DNA of 64,000 nt from Candidatus Deferrimicrobiaceae bacterium (GTDB taxonomy: Bacteria > Methylomirabilota > Methylomirabilia > Rokubacteriales > CSP1-6). The DNA lies in NCBI GenBank assembly GCA_035463855.1, contig DATHSW010000395.1:121-64120 (forward strand), read 5' to 3'. The notes beneath the pieces were generated by a model. The model saw nothing but the letters and a program-made list of their open reading frames with translations. It was not told where the DNA came from and did not search any database. Numbering within the stretch: the first letter of the stretch is position 1; each line of letters starts with the position of its first letter. The translations under genes and the position numbers were made by a program. Positions 60,940-64,000 of this stretch are shown here, piece after piece.

Positions 60940-62076
60940 ATGGAGCGCCCCACGTCCACCGACCGGCGGGCCGGGCTGTTGACCGTCTTCCTGTGCGGGG
61001 ACGTCATGACCGGCCGGGGCATCGACCAGGCCCTCCCGCATCCGAGCGACCCCCGCATCCACGAGCCGTTCGTCAAGGACGCCGGCCGGTACGTGGATCT
61101 GGCCGAGGCCGCGAACGGCCCGGTCCCACGGCCGGTGGACTTCTCGTACATCTGGGGCGCGGCGCTGGACGAGCTCGCCCGCGTCGCGCCGGACGCCCGC
61201 ATCGTCAACCTGGAAACCAGCATCACCCACAGTGACGGGTACTGGCCGGAGAAGGAGATCCACTACCGGATGCACCCGGACAATGTCCAGTGCCTCACCG
61301 CGGCGGGAATCGACGTGTGCGCCCTGGCGAACAACCACGTGCTGGATTTCGGCCACGCCGGGCTCCGGGAGACGCTCGAAACGCTGGCGCGGGTCGGATT
61401 GAGGACCGCGGGAGCCGGGCGCACCCTGGCCGAAGCCCGCGCGCCGGCGGTGGTGGAGGTCTCCGGAAAGGGCCGGCTGGTGGTCTTCGGATTCGGAGAC
61501 GAGTCGAGTGGCATTCCCTCGAGCTGGGCCGCGGTGGGGGGCCGGCCGGGGATCGACTTCTTGCCCGACCTGTCGGAGGCAACGGCGGCCGGGATCGTGG
61601 ACCGGGTCCGGGAGGTGAAGCGAGCGCGGGACATCGTCGTCGCGTCCATCCACTGGGGCGGCAACTGGGGCTACGACGTTCCCCCGGCGCAACAGCGCTT
61701 CGCGCGCCGGCTGCTCGATGGCGGCGTCGATATCGTCCACGGTCATTCCTCCCATCATGTCCGGCCGATCGAGATGTACCGGGGAAAGCTCATCCTCTAC
61801 GGCTGCGGCGATTTTCTCAACGACTACGAAGGCATCACCGGCTACGAGGAGTTCCGGGACGACCTCACGCTGATGTACTTCCCGACGCTGCGGCCGGAGA
61901 CCGGCTGCCTCGAGAGCCTTCGGATGACGCCGATGCAGATCCGGAATCTCAGAGCCAACCGCGCCACCCCGGGCGATGCCGCGTGGCTCGGGAGCATGCT
62001 CGGCCGGATAAGCCAGCCACTCGGGGCGCGCGTCGAGCTCACCGCCGACGGCACTCTGGCGCTCCGCCCCGCGTGA
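60940..62076 (+). CDS. CapA/PGA_cap family metallophosphatase-like protein
   Basis: 378 aa with FLCGDVMTGRGID, ANNHVLDFG, HWGGNWGY, HGHSSHH. Confidence 0.8.
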   Translation: MERPTSTDRRAGLLTVFLCGDVMTGRGIDQALPHPSDPRIHEPFVKDAGRYVDLAEAANGPVPRPVDFSYIWGAALDELARVAPDARIVNLETSITHSDGYWPEKEIHYRMHPDNVQCLTAAGIDVCALANNHVLDFGHAGLRETLETLARVGLRTAGAGRTLAEARAPAVVEVSGKGRLVVFGFGDESSGIPSSWAAVGGRPGIDFLPDLSEATAAGIVDRVREVKRARDIVVASIHWGGNWGYDVPPAQQRFARRLLDGGVDIVHGHSSHHVRPIEMYRGKLILYGCGDFLNDYEGITGYEEFRDDLTLMYFPTLRPETGCLESLRMTPMQIRNLRANRATPGDAAWLGSMLGRISQPLGARVELTADGTLALRPA

Positions 62077-62134
62077 GGGCGGCCGCCAGGGTCGGCGCCC
62101 AGGACCGACCCTGCCCCCGGCGGCGTGGTGGCCC

Positions 62135-62545
62135 TCAGAGTGCGCTGGGCTCCCAGACGTGGATCCGGACCGCGGCGGCTCGCTTGCCGTCGGGCTCGAG
62201 GGTCACGATCACCCAGTCTCCTGGCTTCACTTGCCAGCCAGGGAGCGCGCTCTCGACGAAATCTCCCACCCAGCCACTCGGCGCCGGCCCGGTCGCGCGC
62301 TTGAGCCGCATGAACTGGGTCGAGGGGCCCACGCCGAAGGTGCGGCGCTCGACCTGGGTCACGCCCTCCTTGACCTGCCAGGGCCCCATGCCCTCGACGA
62401 CGATCGTCCCGGCGGCCTGATCCACGGCGACGACCGTGCCCGAGTACTTGCCCTCCCGGGCGTCGCTCCAGCCGGGAGCCGCTGGAGCGGCGACCGCGAC
62501 GATGGTAAGGGCCGCCATCCAGATACTCCTCGCCATGCTGTTCAT
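62135..62545 (-). CDS. secreted protein of unknown function (paralog of 48728-49138)
   Basis: Signal peptide followed by KYSGTVVAVDQAAGTIVVEGMGPWQVKEGVTQVERRT...GWVGDFVESALPGWQVKPGDW. Confidence 0.6.
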   Translation of the reverse strand: MNSMARSIWMAALTIVAVAAPAAPGWSDAREGKYSGTVVAVDQAAGTIVVEGMGPWQVKEGVTQVERRTFGVGPSTQFMRLKRATGPAPSGWVGDFVESALPGWQVKPGDWVIVTLEPDGKRAAAVRIHVWEPSAL

Positions 62546-62566
62546 AGTCCCTCCCGTGTCCCTGGC

Positions 62567-62860
62567 TCAGCTCGGGAGCACGATCTCGAACCGCTCCCAG
62601 GGCATGGCCGTCCACGTCTCGGTCTGCCCGTGGCCGTACGAGCGGATGATCATCACCACCTTGGCGGCGATGGTCTCGTCGGGGGCCTCGAAGATGTCCA
62701 TGTAGTCATAGGGCCCCAGGATCGCGTAGTTGGCCACCCACTTCACCTGGGGGCAGTCGCGCCGGACGTGATCGGCCACCACTTTCTCCAGACGCTTCAG
62801 CTCGCCCGGAGTCTTCACGGCCTCGGGCGTGAGTCGGGTCAGCACCACGTAAGTCGGCAT
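62567..62860 (-). CDS. GYD domain protein
   Basis: 97 aa: MPTYVVLTRLTPEAV ... WVANYAILGPYDYMDIFEAPD. Confidence 0.8.
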   Translation of the reverse strand: MPTYVVLTRLTPEAVKTPGELKRLEKVVADHVRRDCPQVKWVANYAILGPYDYMDIFEAPDETIAAKVVMIIRSYGHGQTETWTAMPWERFEIVLPS

Positions 62861-62879
62861 GGGATTCCTCCTTTGGTCG

Positions 62880-63812
62880 TCATGATGCGGCGAGGTCCGA
62901 CGTGAGAACCCAAGCCGGCCGGTCCTGGGCGCTCTCTACGAGCTCGAATACCCGTCGAGGCGTTCCCAGGTCGGACCACACCATTCGCGGCATCGCCGCC
63001 ACCGCCAGGAACGGTGGACACGGCTCGAGGACCGCGCGGGAGAAATTGGCTTTGGGCATCAAGGTATAGGCCTGGTGAAGGGCCCAGGCCTCCTCGTCGG
63101 TTCCGAGAAAGGCATCCGCGCGGGTCAGTCGCCTATCGACTTCCGGAACGGCCTCCCGGCCGGCGCGGAGGAAGGCGGCGGCCTTGCCCACGAGGACGAA
63201 GGTATTCCAGAGACAGCCGGCTTCCAGGCAGATCCGGGCCTTCTCCTCGGATGGCTTCTCCCAGAAGCGGCGGATCTCCCAGATCCGTCGATCATCCAGC
63301 GACTCCAGCGGTCTTCCGAGCTCGATCCAGCCATATTCGACCTCAGGTCCGGTCGCGTGAGCGCCGAGCAGCACGAGCCGGTCCGGATGCTCCTCGACCC
63401 ACGCAGCGATCTGCGTGACATGCGCCATGAACATGGCCGGCTCCGACACGAAATGATCGGAGGGAAAGACCGCGACGGTCGCGCCGGGATCCTGCCGCGC
63501 GACCCAATGAAGCGGGAAGAGGATCCCGGCCGCGGTGCCTCGGTCGGCTGGTTGGACCAGCAGCGATGGGGGATCCGGTCCTGCCCATTGCTCGGCGAAA
63601 TACGGGGCATGACTGCGCAAGGTGACCACCGCGGTCCGGACCGCCGGGATCCCGAGCGCCACGCGGTCGAGGGTCTGGCGCAGCAGCGTACGGTCCCCGA
63701 GAACCGGGACATACTGCTTCGGGCGGTCGTCGCCGCAGATCCGCTGGGCCAGCGCCCTCAGCCTCACGCCTCCGCCCCCGGCGAGCACGACACCCCACAA
63801 GTGATTGTCCAT
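62880..63812 (-). CDS. sugar-phosphate nucleotidyltransferase (mannose-1-phosphate guanylyltransferase-like)
   Basis: 310 aa from ATG 63812 with WGVVLAGGGGVRL and FPSDHF. The track ORF's N-terminal extension crosses the promoter. Confidence 0.7.
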   Translation of the reverse strand: MDNHLWGVVLAGGGGVRLRALAQRICGDDRPKQYVPVLGDRTLLRQTLDRVALGIPAVRTAVVTLRSHAPYFAEQWAGPDPPSLLVQPADRGTAAGILFPLHWVARQDPGATVAVFPSDHFVSEPAMFMAHVTQIAAWVEEHPDRLVLLGAHATGPEVEYGWIELGRPLESLDDRRIWEIRRFWEKPSEEKARICLEAGCLWNTFVLVGKAAAFLRAGREAVPEVDRRLTRADAFLGTDEEAWALHQAYTLMPKANFSRAVLEPCPPFLAVAAMPRMVWSDLGTPRRVFELVESAQDRPAWVLTSDLAAS

Positions 63813-63876
63813 CTCGCGTTCCCCCGCTGCGGACGAGCACCGTAGGACTGCTGGTGAAGAAGCCGGAGAGCGCGCG

Positions 63877-63892
63877 AGCATCGCCCGTGCCA
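63877..63892 (-). promoter_or_regulatory. sigma-54 type -24/-12 promoter for the nucleotidyltransferase-GYD-secreted protein operon
   Basis: Minus strand reads TGGCAC-GGGCG-ATGCT, about 65 nt upstream of ATG 63812. Confidence 0.6.
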
Positions 63893-64000
63893 GCCTATCT
63901 TCTTCCCGTGACGGACTGATATCTCTCGCTTGTCGCGACTTGTCCATCGCAGCCGAGCGGCGGTCTCGCAAGGAGATGAGGCAGGGACGCCACACATGGG

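Overview
Very GC-rich bacterial chromosomal segment holding about 62 tightly packed protein genes. I recognised no rRNA, tRNA, CRISPR array, transposase, integrase or phage genes. Many long ORFs in the six-frame track are high-GC shadow frames opposite real genes, and several real genes start well inside their track ORF. The gene content is strongly skewed toward stress survival and macromolecule repair. There are 7 universal stress proteins, 7 stand-alone CBS-pair proteins plus a CBS-containing site-2 protease, and 3 Hsp20 genes. There are 4 protein-isoaspartyl methyltransferase (PIMT) copies, one fused in frame to an aldehyde:ferredoxin oxidoreductase. Also present are Lon, DegP, PolX-LigA-NadE, 2 IHF/HU-like proteins, 2 RpoD-like sigma factors, a P-type ATPase, a nitroreductase-like protein, CapA and hemerythrin. 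The main non-coding signal is about 20 well-formed sigma-54 type -24/-12 promoters (TGGCAC-N5-TTGCW), each in an intergenic gap and correctly oriented in front of nearly every operon. Three of them sit inside a conserved 103-bp module. No enhancer-binding activator (bEBP) and no rpoN gene lie in the window. My reading is a sigma-54-wired dormancy/repair regulon whose gene content resembles the actinobacterial DosR regulon. Other notable items are a 208-bp centrally symmetric palindrome, a duplicated Hsp20-PIMT cassette, a repeated small Cys-rich ORF family, an ACP-FAAL-acyltransferase fusion, a P-type ATPase with an EIIA-like N-terminal extension, and a CDP-archaeol-synthase-like gene. All calls rest on reading the sequence and on recognising motifs from memory; no searches were run.
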